64,000 nucleotides of DNA, from assembly GCA_001791305.1 (NCBI GenBank), contig MGEI01000005.1, forward strand, positions 404,208 through 468,207, read 5' to 3'. This document shows positions 8,432 through 18,171 of the stretch, in pieces; the stretch's first letter is position 1; every line of letters starts with the position of its first letter. A program made the position numbers and the translations under genes. The DNA is from Candidatus Uhrbacteria bacterium RIFCSPLOWO2_01_FULL_47_17 (GTDB taxonomy: Bacteria > Patescibacteriota > Patescibacteriia > UBA9934 > GWF2-40-263). Below the pieces are notes generated by a model. That model was not told the origin of the DNA and ran no database searches. It saw only the letters and a list, made by a program, of their open reading frames with translations.

Positions 8432-9700
8432 GTGAAAACTGGTTCTATCGATCGCGTTACTTTTTCGAAGAAAACGGGTGCAGATGTCCTGCAAACGGTT
8501 GCTTCGTGCTGCTCTTTGGAGGAATTCGTGCGCACTGAACACAAATATTATTTGTATGACGCGGTTGTTGATTTCGGACTCGCGATGACCGTTACGGCTT
8601 ACGCGCCGTTTCTTATTTCGATCGGACTCACACTCGGCGAAGTCTCGCTCATCAACGCGTTCTTCTGGCTCACAATCGTCCTTGCGGAAATTCCAACCGG
8701 GATGCTCGCGGACGGGAAGAGTCGGGCGTGGTCGCTCAAAATGGGATGTGTATTTTTCACTCTCGGTGCATTTGCTTATCTGTTTGCGAACGGATTTTGG
8801 AGCGCACTCGTTTGCGAGTGTGTAATCGGAATCGGCATGGCGTTTTTCTCGGGAGCCGAGCAGGCGTGGGTCACAGACGCGCTTCATCGCGAAGGTCGCG
8901 ATCATGAACGTCGCAAGGTCTTTGCGACCGCGGGTGTGATCCGTGGATTCGTGATGGTTGTTGGTGGATTTCTCGGATCGATCTTCGCCCTCTCGAACGC
9001 ACGACTCATCTGGCTTCCGATGATCATCACCTCGCCGCTTGCATGGCTCGTGGTTCACAAACTCATGAATGGACAAGGAGAGCCGATTCACAAGATGACC
9101 GAAGTCGAAGCGTTGCGCGCGAGTGTGTCGCTTCTGAAATCGAATCGATCGCTCAAGTGGGTGATTGGAATGATGTTCGTGTTTGGTGCCGTCATATCGT
9201 TCAATCACTTTTGGTCGCCGTATTTCCAACCGCTCGTTGGAACGATGGGGCTTTCCTGGGTGTGGGCGATCATGTATATCGGTCTCGCGCTTTCCGCCGT
9301 TATCGTTCGTCGTCTCTCGATTCCTCAAGGGCAAGAAGCGGCATGGATTGCGGCATCGGTTGTTGTGACCGGTATTGGTCTTGGGGGTGTAGGTCTTTCC
9401 TCCGGCCTTCTTCTTCCGCTCTTTATGGCGACCATGCATGAATGCGGCCGTGGAATGCTCGGTCCGCTCGTCGATTCGTTTGTGCAACATCGCGTTGAAA
9501 GCGGATACCGCGCAACGTTCGGCTCGCTTCAATCTCTTCTCGGAAAGATCAGCCTCGCGATTGTGCCGGCTCTCATCTGGCTCACAATTCGTCATGATCC
9601 AAACACGCCCGAGACGATCCGCTTCGTCTGGTTTGTGTGCGGACTCGTTCTGATCATTGGATCGCTCATGTTGTTTCTTGTGCGTCCACGAAACGCATAA
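8432..9700 (+). CDS. MFS transporter
   Basis: Hydrophobic TM helices throughout (~400 aa; a 12-TM topology was not counted). The first TM may begin near residue 40, so the true start may lie downstream of 8432 or use a non-ATG codon. Confidence 0.55.
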   Translation: MKTGSIDRVTFSKKTGADVLQTVASCCSLEEFVRTEHKYYLYDAVVDFGLAMTVTAYAPFLISIGLTLGEVSLINAFFWLTIVLAEIPTGMLADGKSRAWSLKMGCVFFTLGAFAYLFANGFWSALVCECVIGIGMAFFSGAEQAWVTDALHREGRDHERRKVFATAGVIRGFVMVVGGFLGSIFALSNARLIWLPMIITSPLAWLVVHKLMNGQGEPIHKMTEVEALRASVSLLKSNRSLKWVIGMMFVFGAVISFNHFWSPYFQPLVGTMGLSWVWAIMYIGLALSAVIVRRLSIPQGQEAAWIAASVVVTGIGLGGVGLSSGLLLPLFMATMHECGRGMLGPLVDSFVQHRVESGYRATFGSLQSLLGKISLAIVPALIWLTIRHDPNTPETIRFVWFVCGLVLIIGSLMLFLVRPRNA

Positions 9701-9705
9701 CTTAA

Positions 9706-9746
9706 AACCACCCGTCGCTAAAGCTTTGGGTGGTCTTTTTTTCTTG
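9706..9746. terminator. Bidirectional terminator between the MFS gene (+) and hup (-)
   Basis: ACCACCCgtcgctaaagctttGGGTGGT followed by T8. Confidence 0.55.
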
Positions 9747-10037
9747 CTAAACCGTTCGCTTGCCTTTCAACGTATCCTTCAGCGCTTTTCCTGCTTTAAA
9801 CTTTGGTACAACAACGCTTGGAATAGTGATCGGCTCGGATGGTTTTTGTGGATTCACACCAATGCGTCCTTTGCGTTCGCGTGCAGAGAAGGTTCCGAAT
9901 CCTGCGATGGTAACCTCGCCGCCGTTTGCGAGTTCGCGTGTAACGATCTCTTCAAACAAGGCGATGAAATCATCGGCGAGTTTTTTGGAGATCTGTAATT
10001 TTTCCGCGATCCGAGTCGCGAGATCAGCTTTATTCAT
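9747..10037 (-). CDS. hup: DNA-binding protein HU
   Basis: MNKADLATRIAEK...GFGTFSARERKGRIGVNPQKPSEPITIP; a 96-aa HU/IHF fold. Confidence 0.85.
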   Translation of the reverse strand: MNKADLATRIAEKLQISKKLADDFIALFEEIVTRELANGGEVTIAGFGTFSARERKGRIGVNPQKPSEPITIPSVVVPKFKAGKALKDTLKGKRTV

Positions 10038-10058
10038 ATTGGTCTTATTCTACACGAA

Positions 10059-11687
10059 TTACCTTGCGTATTCAATCACGCGTGTCTCGCGGATGATGGT
10101 GACTTTAATTTCTCCAGGATAGCTGAGTTCGGATTCAATCTTATTCGCAATATCTTTTGCAAGTTGGTAACTCGCCAAATCTGAGATTTTTTCTGGGTGG
10201 ATGAAGATACGAACCTCGCGTCCCGCTTGAATCGCATAAACTTTCTCAACGCCTTCGAAGGATCCCGCCGTGCGTTCCAATTCTTCCATGCGTTGAATGA
10301 AGTTCTCGAGAGACTGCTTGCGTGCTCCTGGGCGTGCTCCGCTAATCGCATCCGCCGCTTTTACGATCGCACCTTCAATCGTTCGAGGTCGGTCTTCATG
10401 GTGCGCGATCGATTGATAACAAATCTCTTCCGGGAATCCGAACTTCTTCATGATGTTGTATCCAATTTCTGGATGCGCACCTTGCATGTCGTGGTCTACT
10501 GCCTTGCCGATATCGTGGAAGAGTCCACCTTTTTTACAGATGAACACATCTGCACCAAGTTCTTCTGCCATCATTCCGGCGAGTGTTCCAACTTCAATCG
10601 AGTGTTGAAGCGCGTTTTGTCCGTAGCTGGTACGGAAGCGCATACGGCCAAGGATTGAAACAAGTTTTGGATCGATCGAAGAAACAGGAATTCCAAGTTG
10701 GTACAGTGCATCTTCTCCGTTCTTTTTCAATTCTTGCGCAAGAGATTTCTTTGCTTCCATGATGGATTCTTCGATACGTGCTGGTTGAATGCGTCCGTCT
10801 TTGATGAGCGCATCGAGCGCGCGCTTTGCGACTTGGCGACGAATAGGGGAGAATCCGCTGATCGTAATCATGTTTGGCGTGTCGTCGACAATGATTTCTG
10901 TTCCGGTTTGAAGTTCAATCGCTTTGATGTTGCGTCCTTCTTTTCCAATGATACGTCCTTTCATTTCGTCATTTGGAAGTTCGACGGCGGTGGTTGTTCC
11001 GTCAACAGAGACAGAGGATGCAAATCGGGTGATGGCGAGTGAAAGAAGTTTGCGAGATTTGATTTCGACTTCTTCTTCCGTAATCTCATCCATTTTGCGC
11101 AAACGACTCTGCAATGCTTCTTGTGAGTCGACCTCGATCTGCTTCAACAAACGCTCTTCTGCTTGTTCTTTTGTGAGTTTTGCAATCTCTTGCAGCTTTT
11201 CGTTTTGTTCAAGTTTGATGAGTTCAATACTCACCTTCACATCTTCGATCTGTTTTTTCTGATCTTCAAGTTTCGTTTTCTTGTCTTCGATCTCGATCAA
11301 TTTCTGATCAAACAATTCTTCACGTTTTTCCAAACGCTTTTGTTGTTCTTGGAGTTCGCGTCGGCGTGTTTGTTCTTCTTGCTTGGCTTCTTCAATCATC
11401 TTGATCGATTTTTCTTTTGCTTCGATCAGGTACTCTTGTTGTTTTGTCTTTGCCTCGTTTAACAGTTCTTGGTGTTTTGCTTTTGCCTCTGTAATAATTT
11501 TTTCTGCGCGATTTTCCGCATCATCGGCAAGGCGTGCAGCTTGGGCTTTGCGATAGGCATATCCCGCAGCTGCTCCGCCACCGAGTCCGATGAGGAGTAG
11601 AAGGATTGAAATAAACATATAATAAAACTTCTCAAATCTTGAGAAGTTCAAACCAGGCTCCGAGGATTCTCGAAGTGGAGTATTCAA
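10059..11687 (-). CDS. rny: Ribonuclease Y
   Basis: N-terminal TM helix followed by a long coiled coil (KEQAEERLLKQIE...), a KH domain (IIGKEGRNIKAIE) and an HD domain (LFHDIGKAVDHD), in a 542-aa protein. Confidence 0.85.
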   Translation of the reverse strand: MNTPLRESSEPGLNFSRFEKFYYMFISILLLLIGLGGGAAAGYAYRKAQAARLADDAENRAEKIITEAKAKHQELLNEAKTKQQEYLIEAKEKSIKMIEEAKQEEQTRRRELQEQQKRLEKREELFDQKLIEIEDKKTKLEDQKKQIEDVKVSIELIKLEQNEKLQEIAKLTKEQAEERLLKQIEVDSQEALQSRLRKMDEITEEEVEIKSRKLLSLAITRFASSVSVDGTTTAVELPNDEMKGRIIGKEGRNIKAIELQTGTEIIVDDTPNMITISGFSPIRRQVAKRALDALIKDGRIQPARIEESIMEAKKSLAQELKKNGEDALYQLGIPVSSIDPKLVSILGRMRFRTSYGQNALQHSIEVGTLAGMMAEELGADVFICKKGGLFHDIGKAVDHDMQGAHPEIGYNIMKKFGFPEEICYQSIAHHEDRPRTIEGAIVKAADAISGARPGARKQSLENFIQRMEELERTAGSFEGVEKVYAIQAGREVRIFIHPEKISDLASYQLAKDIANKIESELSYPGEIKVTIIRETRVIEYAR

Positions 11688-11853
11688 TGATTCTTGGAAT
11701 TATCGCAAAAACAATCTCGTTAGGTGTTGAGAGTCGGAAAAGAGAAGACGAAAATTGTTTGTGATAGAAAAACCCATAATCTGTTGAACAGCTTGAACTT
11801 CTGAAGAACTTTTTTCTCAAGAATTACACAAAAAGAGTACCAAAAAGCCGTTC

Positions 11854-12564
11854 CTACGTCAAACGGCTCAAAAACGATTCGATTTTTATGAGATGACTCT
11901 CGATGTTTGCGGAATCGAGCTGGTCGAAGGTCATGGCGTCCGCAATAACGAAGAGTCCAATGGATGTTCGACGAAGTTCCGAAACATATCCACCCACACT
12001 AAGTTTGGCGCCAAGATCCCGGGCGATCGATCGAATGTATGTTCCAGAAGAGCAATGAATCCGGAGGGAAATGTTTGAAAAGTCTGAAAGGTCGGAAAGG
12101 TTTGAAAGGCATTCGATCGAATAGATTTTAACCTTTCGAGGTTCCACAAGCGTTGGTGTTCCGGCCCGAGCTAGTTCGTACAGCTTTTTCCCTTGCACTT
12201 TAATAGCTGCATACGTAGGCGGAACCTGGTCGATTGTCCCTGTAACTGTTTTGAGAGCTTCTTCGATTACGGAAGGGGTTAGGGGCGAGGGGTTGGGGGT
12301 TAGGGTGATTTCCCCCTTTATATCATCTGTTGTCGAGGTTGCCCCCAAAATAAATGTCGCTTCATAACGTTTATCAAGTCCGACGAACTTCTGGAGTTCG
12401 CGTGTGGCCTCTCGAGAAACAGCAATCAAAAGCAAACCGGTTGCAAACGGATCGAGGGTTCCAGCGTGGCCGATGCGTTTTTCGCCCGTTAAACGACGAA
12501 GTCGCGCGACGACATCAAACGAGGTGATTCCTTCTGGTTTGTCGATGAGGATGAAACCTTTCAT
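11854..12564 (-). CDS. truB: tRNA pseudouridine(55) synthase TruB
   Basis: MKGFILIDKPEGITSFDVVARLRRL...GHAGTLDPFATGLL. The start was taken at the internal Met of the longer ORF. An in-frame G-tract repeat at 12272..12316 encodes LTPNPSPLTPS. Confidence 0.8.
   Translation of the reverse strand: MKGFILIDKPEGITSFDVVARLRRLTGEKRIGHAGTLDPFATGLLLIAVSREATRELQKFVGLDKRYEATFILGATSTTDDIKGEITLTPNPSPLTPSVIEEALKTVTGTIDQVPPTYAAIKVQGKKLYELARAGTPTLVEPRKVKIYSIECLSNLSDLSDFSNISLRIHCSSGTYIRSIARDLGAKLSVGGYVSELRRTSIGLFVIADAMTFDQLDSANIESHLIKIESFLSRLT
12272..12316. repeat. G-tract element GGGGTTAGGGGCGAGGGGTTGGGGGTTAGGG (G-quadruplex-capable) inside the truB coding region
   Basis: Five G3+ tracts sit on the plus strand; truB mRNA carries the C-rich complement, translated as TPNPSPLTP. 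A short related CCCTAACCCC lies at 14786..14797. Confidence 0.55.
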
Positions 12565-12733
12565 AATATTCGAATCATACTCGACCGATTGGGCTTTGAC
12601 AAAAGTTCGGGTGCACTTGATTTCATTGACCATTCCCCCCTTTTCTTATACACTCGTCGACAACTGCCAGATTTATTTTTATTTCATGCATGGGTACTCA
12701 TAAAGGGCACCCCTACGATCGTTTCGGCCCCAT

Positions 12734-14782
12734 TTGCCTATGAACATTACCGAACTTGCCCGTCGTCTTCGTGTCCGTCCGGATGAACTCTTGCAGAAAT
12801 TGCCAGAGCTTGGTTTTGCGGTTGGTGCACGCGCCATCAAAGTGGATGACCGCCAAGCGCAGAAAATTATGGAGGCGTGGGCGGAAATGTCTCGTAAAGA
12901 GCGTTTGGCGCGCAAAGTGGAAATGCAAAAGGCACATTCGGGCACGCGTCTTGAAATGCCGGAAGAAGATCGTAAGCCGGTAAAGATTCCGGCGATTACG
13001 ACGGTGCGTGATTTCGCATCGTTGTTGGATTTGTCTGTGCCACGCATCATGCAAGAGCTCATGAAGAACGGAATTCTTGCGAGTATCAACGAACGCATCG
13101 ACTTCGACACAGCTTCGATCATCGCGGAAGATCTTGGATTCCGCGCGGAGCTTGATACGGATACAAAAAATAATAACGAAGACACATCGGGAATTGATAA
13201 AATTCGCGAACGTTCGGATAGCGAAAAGAAAGAAGACTTGGTTACGCGTCCGCCGGTTGTGGTTGTCATGGGACACGTTGACCATGGAAAAACAAAATTG
13301 TTGGATGCCATCCGCACCACAAACGTGATGGCAACAGAAGCGGGTGGAATTACGCAGCACATTGGTGCATATCAAGTGGAACGCAACGGTCGTCATCTGA
13401 CATTTATCGACACGCCAGGTCACGAAGCGTTTACGGTTATGCGTTCGCGTGGTGCAAAGGTTGCGGACATTGCCATTCTTGTGGTCGCAGCTGATGATGG
13501 AGTGCAACCACAAACAAAAGAAGCGATTAACATTATCAAATCCGCAAACCTTCCATTCATTGTTGCGCTCAACAAGATCGATAAAGAAGGAGCAAACATT
13601 GATCGCGTGAAAGGTGAGCTTGCAGAATTGAACATCACCGCAGAAGATTGGGGTGGTTCGAGTATTATCGTTCCTGTGTCTGCGCGAGAAGGAAAAAACA
13701 TCGATCAACTCCTCGACATGTTGCTCCTCGTTACAGACATGGAGAAAGATCGTATTGTTGCAAATCCAAATGCACGCGCGATTGGAACCGTTGTCGAGTC
13801 TCATGTTGATACAGGAACGGGTCCTGTTGCAACCGTGCTCGTTCAAAGCGGAACCCTCAGTGTTGGCGACACATTGTCGATTCGCGACACACTTTATGGC
13901 CGCGTTCGCGCCATGAAAGATTGGAATGGAAAAACACTTTTGAAAGCAACGCCATCCACACCGGTTGAGATTGTTGGATTTAAAGTGGCGCCGGCTGTTG
14001 GGGATGTTATGGATGTTCCAAATCCATCCAAAGAATTGAAAAAAATGAAAGCCACAGACAGCTCGATGAAAGCCACGGAAGAAATGGCGTCTATTCATCG
14101 CACACAAGCGCAGTCCGAAGAATCAAAAACAGAAGAAGGGAAAAAGCATGTTTTGCCACTCATCATTCGTTCAGACGTTCTCGGGTCTCTCGAAGCGATT
14201 CTTGGAATGATCGACAAAATTAAACATGAAGATGTTTCTGTCAAAGTGATTAAGAAAGGTCTTGGAAACATTACCGACACGGACGTTCAAGATGCAGAAG
14301 CGGGTGGAGCCATCATCATGGCGTTTAACACACGTCCAAGTGGAACGGCAGAAATCCTTGCGCGCGACAAACACGTCTCTATTCGCAAGTACGACATTAT
14401 CTACAGACTATTTGATGATGTGATTGAAGAGTTGAAGAAGCTGCTTCCAGCAGAACTCATCATCACAGAACTTGGTGGATTTGAAGTGGTGAAAGTCTTC
14501 CGCAAAACAGATCATGGATTTATTGTGGGAGGAAAAGTAAAGAAATCAAAAATCTTGCCAAAAACAAAATTGCGTATTTCACGTAATGGAGAGTATGTTG
14601 GTGAAGGAGAAATTCTCGTGCTCCAACTTGGCCCCGGTGAAATCAAAGAAGGACAACCCGGACAAGAAATTGGATTGTCGTTCAAAGGAAAAGTAAAACC
14701 AGAAGAAGGGGATATCTTTGAAACGTACACAGAAGAGAAGATCACAAAATTATTTAAAATTGAAGGCATTGACGCGCGTTAA
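12734..14782 (+). CDS. infB: Translation initiation factor IF-2
   Basis: G-domain motifs [25 protein letters not shown] and NKID, within a 682-aa protein. Confidence 0.9.
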   Translation: MPMNITELARRLRVRPDELLQKLPELGFAVGARAIKVDDRQAQKIMEAWAEMSRKERLARKVEMQKAHSGTRLEMPEEDRKPVKIPAITTVRDFASLLDLSVPRIMQELMKNGILASINERIDFDTASIIAEDLGFRAELDTDTKNNNEDTSGIDKIRERSDSEKKEDLVTRPPVVVVMGHVDHGKTKLLDAIRTTNVMATEAGGITQHIGAYQVERNGRHLTFIDTPGHEAFTVMRSRGAKVADIAILVVAADDGVQPQTKEAINIIKSANLPFIVALNKIDKEGANIDRVKGELAELNITAEDWGGSSIIVPVSAREGKNIDQLLDMLLLVTDMEKDRIVANPNARAIGTVVESHVDTGTGPVATVLVQSGTLSVGDTLSIRDTLYGRVRAMKDWNGKTLLKATPSTPVEIVGFKVAPAVGDVMDVPNPSKELKKMKATDSSMKATEEMASIHRTQAQSEESKTEEGKKHVLPLIIRSDVLGSLEAILGMIDKIKHEDVSVKVIKKGLGNITDTDVQDAEAGGAIIMAFNTRPSGTAEILARDKHVSIRKYDIIYRLFDDVIEELKKLLPAELIITELGGFEVVKVFRKTDHGFIVGGKVKKSKILPKTKLRISRNGEYVGEGEILVLQLGPGEIKEGQPGQEIGLSFKGKVKPEEGDIFETYTEEKITKLFKIEGIDAR

Positions 14783-14799
14783 CCCTAACCCCTTTCTTT

Positions 14800-15120
14800 A
14801 TGTCCGAGCTTGTCCTCACAGAAGAAAATTTTGATCAATCCATTTTGCAGGCAGAAAAATTAGTGCTCGTGGATTTTTGGGCACCGTGGTGTGGTCCGTG
14901 CCGCATGATGGCTCCTGTCCTTGAAGAACTCGCGGCTGAAATGGATTCGGTGACGATCGGAAAGATTAACGTCGACGAACAATCCGCCCTCGCGCAACGG
15001 TTCAACATTCTCTCCATTCCAACATTCATCTTGTTCAAGAAGGGAGAAGTGATCGATCAGTTCTCCGGAGCGATGACGAAACAAGCGTTTAAGAGTCACA
15101 TCGAAAAACATTTAGTATGA
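14800..15120 (+). CDS. trxA: Thioredoxin
   Basis: WAPWCGPC active site in a 106-aa protein. Confidence 0.9.
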   Translation: MSELVLTEENFDQSILQAEKLVLVDFWAPWCGPCRMMAPVLEELAAEMDSVTIGKINVDEQSALAQRFNILSIPTFILFKKGEVIDQFSGAMTKQAFKSHIEKHLV

Positions 15121-16049
15121 CGCACAATCTCATCATCATTGGTTCAGGGCCCGCTGGATATACGGCGGCTATTTATGCCGCACGTGCAGAATTGAAACCA
15201 ATTTTGTTCGAGGGGCAAGTCGCGGGCGGACAACCTGGAGGACAACTCATGCTTACAACGGATGTTGAGAATTTTCCGGGATTCCCAACGGGAATCATGG
15301 GGCCTGACCTTATGGTGGAAATGAAAAAACAAGCAGAACGATTTGGAACCGAGATCGTCTCGAAGGATGTGACGTTTGTCGATTTTTCCTCTCGTCCATT
15401 CCTCGTAAAATCCGGAGACGATGAGTATCGCGCGAACAGTGTGATCATTTGCACAGGCGCGCAAGCAAAGTGGCTCGGGGTTCCAGGCGAACAACAATTT
15501 CAAGGTCATGGAGTTTCTGCATGTGCAACATGCGACGGATTTTTTTTCAAAGAAAAACACGTCGTGGTGGTTGGCGGGGGAGATGCGGCTATGGAAGAAG
15601 CAAACTTCCTCACACGCTTTGCGTCGAAGCTCACGCTTCTTGTTCGATCGGATGCGCTTCGTGCAAGTAAGATTATGCAAGAGCGCGTCAAGGCGAATCC
15701 GAAGATTACGATCATGTGGAATACAGAAGTTGTGGAAGTTGTTGGTGATTCCAAGATGACGGGTCTCAAATTAAAAAACAACAAGACAAACGAGATGATT
15801 GAAATACAAGCTGACGGACTCTTCGTCGCAATTGGTCACAAGCCGAACACAGAATTGTTTCAAGGCAAGCTCGAGCTCGACGAGGTTGGATATATCGTGA
15901 CAAAGGCACACTCGACCGCAACAAGCGTCGACGGCGTTTATGCGGGAGGAGATGTTGCGGATCATGTGTACCGTCAAGCGATTTCGGCTGCGGGAACTGG
16001 GTGTATGGCCGCACTTGATGCCGAACGATTCTTGAGCAAAAACCATTGA
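15117..16049 (+). CDS. trxB: Thioredoxin-disulfide reductase
   Basis: IIIGSGPAGYTAAIYAARA, the redox-active CATCDGFFF and the NADPH site VVGGGDAAMEEA. Confidence 0.9.
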   Translation: MTHNLIIIGSGPAGYTAAIYAARAELKPILFEGQVAGGQPGGQLMLTTDVENFPGFPTGIMGPDLMVEMKKQAERFGTEIVSKDVTFVDFSSRPFLVKSGDDEYRANSVIICTGAQAKWLGVPGEQQFQGHGVSACATCDGFFFKEKHVVVVGGGDAAMEEANFLTRFASKLTLLVRSDALRASKIMQERVKANPKITIMWNTEVVEVVGDSKMTGLKLKNNKTNEMIEIQADGLFVAIGHKPNTELFQGKLELDEVGYIVTKAHSTATSVDGVYAGGDVADHVYRQAISAAGTGCMAALDAERFLSKNH

Positions 16050-16066
16050 CATTTCAATGGTTTTTT
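16041..16066 (+). terminator. Terminator after trxB
   Basis: CCATTGAcatttcAATGG followed by TTTTTT. Confidence 0.5.
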
Positions 16067-16116
16067 GATACCTTATTTGCTTCGTGTGCAGCTCGTGCAC
16101 GCGATGTGGAGGTGTG

Positions 16117-18072
16117 ATGGAACCCGTTTTCGAAGCTCCTTCGCGCACGTCGCGTGTTTGGAAGTGGGTTGTTGGTCGGCCGCGGAGTCTCGCGGACAAT
16201 CAGATTTTTCATCAGCTGTCCCTGATTCCGTTTCTCGCTTGGGTCGGACTCGGTGCGGACGGACTTTCGTCCTCCGCGTACGGCCCACCCGAATCATTCG
16301 CTGCGCTCGGGACACATCGGTGGCTCGCGCTTGCGATGGCCGCGATGACCGCGATCACGGTTCTCATCATCTCGTTTGCCTACATGCGGATCATCGCTTC
16401 GTTCCCGAACGGAGGGGGCGGATACGTTGTCGCAACACGGTCGCTCGGCGCTGTTCCCGGACTCGTTTCCGGTTCCGCCCTTCTTGTCGACTATGTTCTC
16501 ACGGTCACGGTTTCGATCGCGGCTGCGGGTGACGCGCTCTTCAGCTTCATGCCAGAGACCGCCGTTCCATTCAAATTCGGGTTCGAGGTTTTCCTGCTTG
16601 CTGGAATGACCCTCCTCAACTTTCGCGGCGTCAAAGAAGCGATTCTTCCGCTCGTGCCGGTTTTTCTCCTGTTTATTCTGACACACATCATTTTGGTGGT
16701 GGCGGGGTTGATGGGATCTGAAACCGCCGTGCCAATCGCAACGCAGGTTCGTGAAGGTTGGCGCGCGAGTTCCTCACAACTTGGACTCATAGGCGTTCTC
16801 TTGCTTGCCGCACGCGCATGGTCGCTTGGCGGTGGTACGTACACCGGGATTGAAGCGGTTTCAAACGCGATGCCGATCTTGCGTGAACCGCGCGTGAAAA
16901 CCGCGCGCGTGACCATGATCTACATGGCGCTCTCACTTGCGATCATGGCATCCGGTTTGCTCATGGGGTACTTGCTTGTCGATATCCATCCGGTTTCTGG
17001 TCAAACGTTGAACGCGGTTCTCGCGTCGCGTGTGTCAGAGAATTGGATGGGTGGAAAGACCTTCATGATGATCACCCTTCTTGCAGAAGGCGCCCTCCTT
17101 GTGGTGGCCGCGCAAGCTGGCTTTCTTGGAGGCCCACGCGTTCTTGCTAACATGGCACTTGATGGATGGGTGCCGCGTCGTTTTGCCGCATTGTCCCAAC
17201 AGCTTACGGAGCGGAACGGCATTGTGCTTATCGGCGGAACCGCCCTCATCGCCCTTTGGTACACGAAGGGAGATGTGAGTCACTTGGTCGTCATGTACTC
17301 CATCAATGTGTTTCTCACGTTTTCGCTTTCCATGCTTGGCATGCTCAGAAAGTCGTGGGAGAAACGTTCGGCTTCGGACTTGTTCCTTTTCGCGATCGCG
17401 TTTCTATTGTGCGCGTCCATTCTGTGTGTCACCGCCATCGAAAAGTTTTCGCACGGCGGATGGGTCACACTTCTTGTGACCACGCTCCTTGTGGTTCTCT
17501 GTTACGTCATCCGTGCCCATTATCGTGCGGTGGCAAAACGACTGCCTTCGCTCGATGTGGATTTGCCACAGATTGAAATTCCAGAGGAACCGCATTCCTC
17601 CACTCTCAAACCGAATGCCCCGACCGCCGTGATTTTGGTGGGTGGATATAACGGTGTTGGTCATCAGACCCTGAATGTGGTTTTGCGGGCGTTCCCGGGC
17701 CACTACAAAAATGTCATCTTTGTTGCGGCAGGCGCCGTCGACTCTGCCACCATCAAAGACGAACACGAGCTCGAAGTGCTTCGTTCGCGCACAAAGGAAT
17801 CGGTTCATCGATACGTTCTGCTTGGGCAATCGCTCGGTTTGAACGCCGATGGAATGGATTGTGTTGGAACGGATGTCGTTCAAGAGCTCGAGTCGCTTTG
17901 TCTCATTGCGGCAACGGTTCACCCAAACATCACCTTCTTTGCCGGCAAGATCATGTTCGGCCGCGAAAAGTGGTGGCACAACATTCTCCACAACCAAACC
18001 GCGTTCGCCTTGCAAAAGCGCCTCCAATGGGACGGCCACACCATGGTGATCCTCCCCGTCCGTCTTCACTGA
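16117..18072 (+). CDS. Amino acid permease (APC superfamily) with a C-terminal cytoplasmic domain
   Basis: Many hydrophobic segments in the N-terminal ~430 aa (SFAYMRIIASFPNGGGGYVVATRSLG is APC-like) plus a ~200-aa hydrophilic C-terminal domain. The start was taken at MEPVFE. Confidence 0.55.
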   Translation: MEPVFEAPSRTSRVWKWVVGRPRSLADNQIFHQLSLIPFLAWVGLGADGLSSSAYGPPESFAALGTHRWLALAMAAMTAITVLIISFAYMRIIASFPNGGGGYVVATRSLGAVPGLVSGSALLVDYVLTVTVSIAAAGDALFSFMPETAVPFKFGFEVFLLAGMTLLNFRGVKEAILPLVPVFLLFILTHIILVVAGLMGSETAVPIATQVREGWRASSSQLGLIGVLLLAARAWSLGGGTYTGIEAVSNAMPILREPRVKTARVTMIYMALSLAIMASGLLMGYLLVDIHPVSGQTLNAVLASRVSENWMGGKTFMMITLLAEGALLVVAAQAGFLGGPRVLANMALDGWVPRRFAALSQQLTERNGIVLIGGTALIALWYTKGDVSHLVVMYSINVFLTFSLSMLGMLRKSWEKRSASDLFLFAIAFLLCASILCVTAIEKFSHGGWVTLLVTTLLVVLCYVIRAHYRAVAKRLPSLDVDLPQIEIPEEPHSSTLKPNAPTAVILVGGYNGVGHQTLNVVLRAFPGHYKNVIFVAAGAVDSATIKDEHELEVLRSRTKESVHRYVLLGQSLGLNADGMDCVGTDVVQELESLCLIAATVHPNITFFAGKIMFGREKWWHNILHNQTAFALQKRLQWDGHTMVILPVRLH

Positions 18073-18099
18073 ACTCTCGTATGAGAGTTCTTTTTTTGT
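18073..18099 (+). terminator. Terminator after the permease gene
   Basis: GAACTCTCgtatGAGAGTTC followed by T7. Confidence 0.6.
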
Positions 18100-18171
18100 T
18101 CGATCCATTGACACACCCCGCATTTTTTGGTTCACTTCCGGCATCGAGAGCGGTTTCTCGACGTACATTGC

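Noticed and set aside
8384-9595. 403-aa minus-strand ORF
   Set aside because: Antisense to the MFS transporter; the hydrophobic pattern is present only on the plus frame.
12713-14107. 464-aa minus-strand ORF
   Set aside because: Antisense to infB; His/Cys/Arg-rich low-complexity translation.
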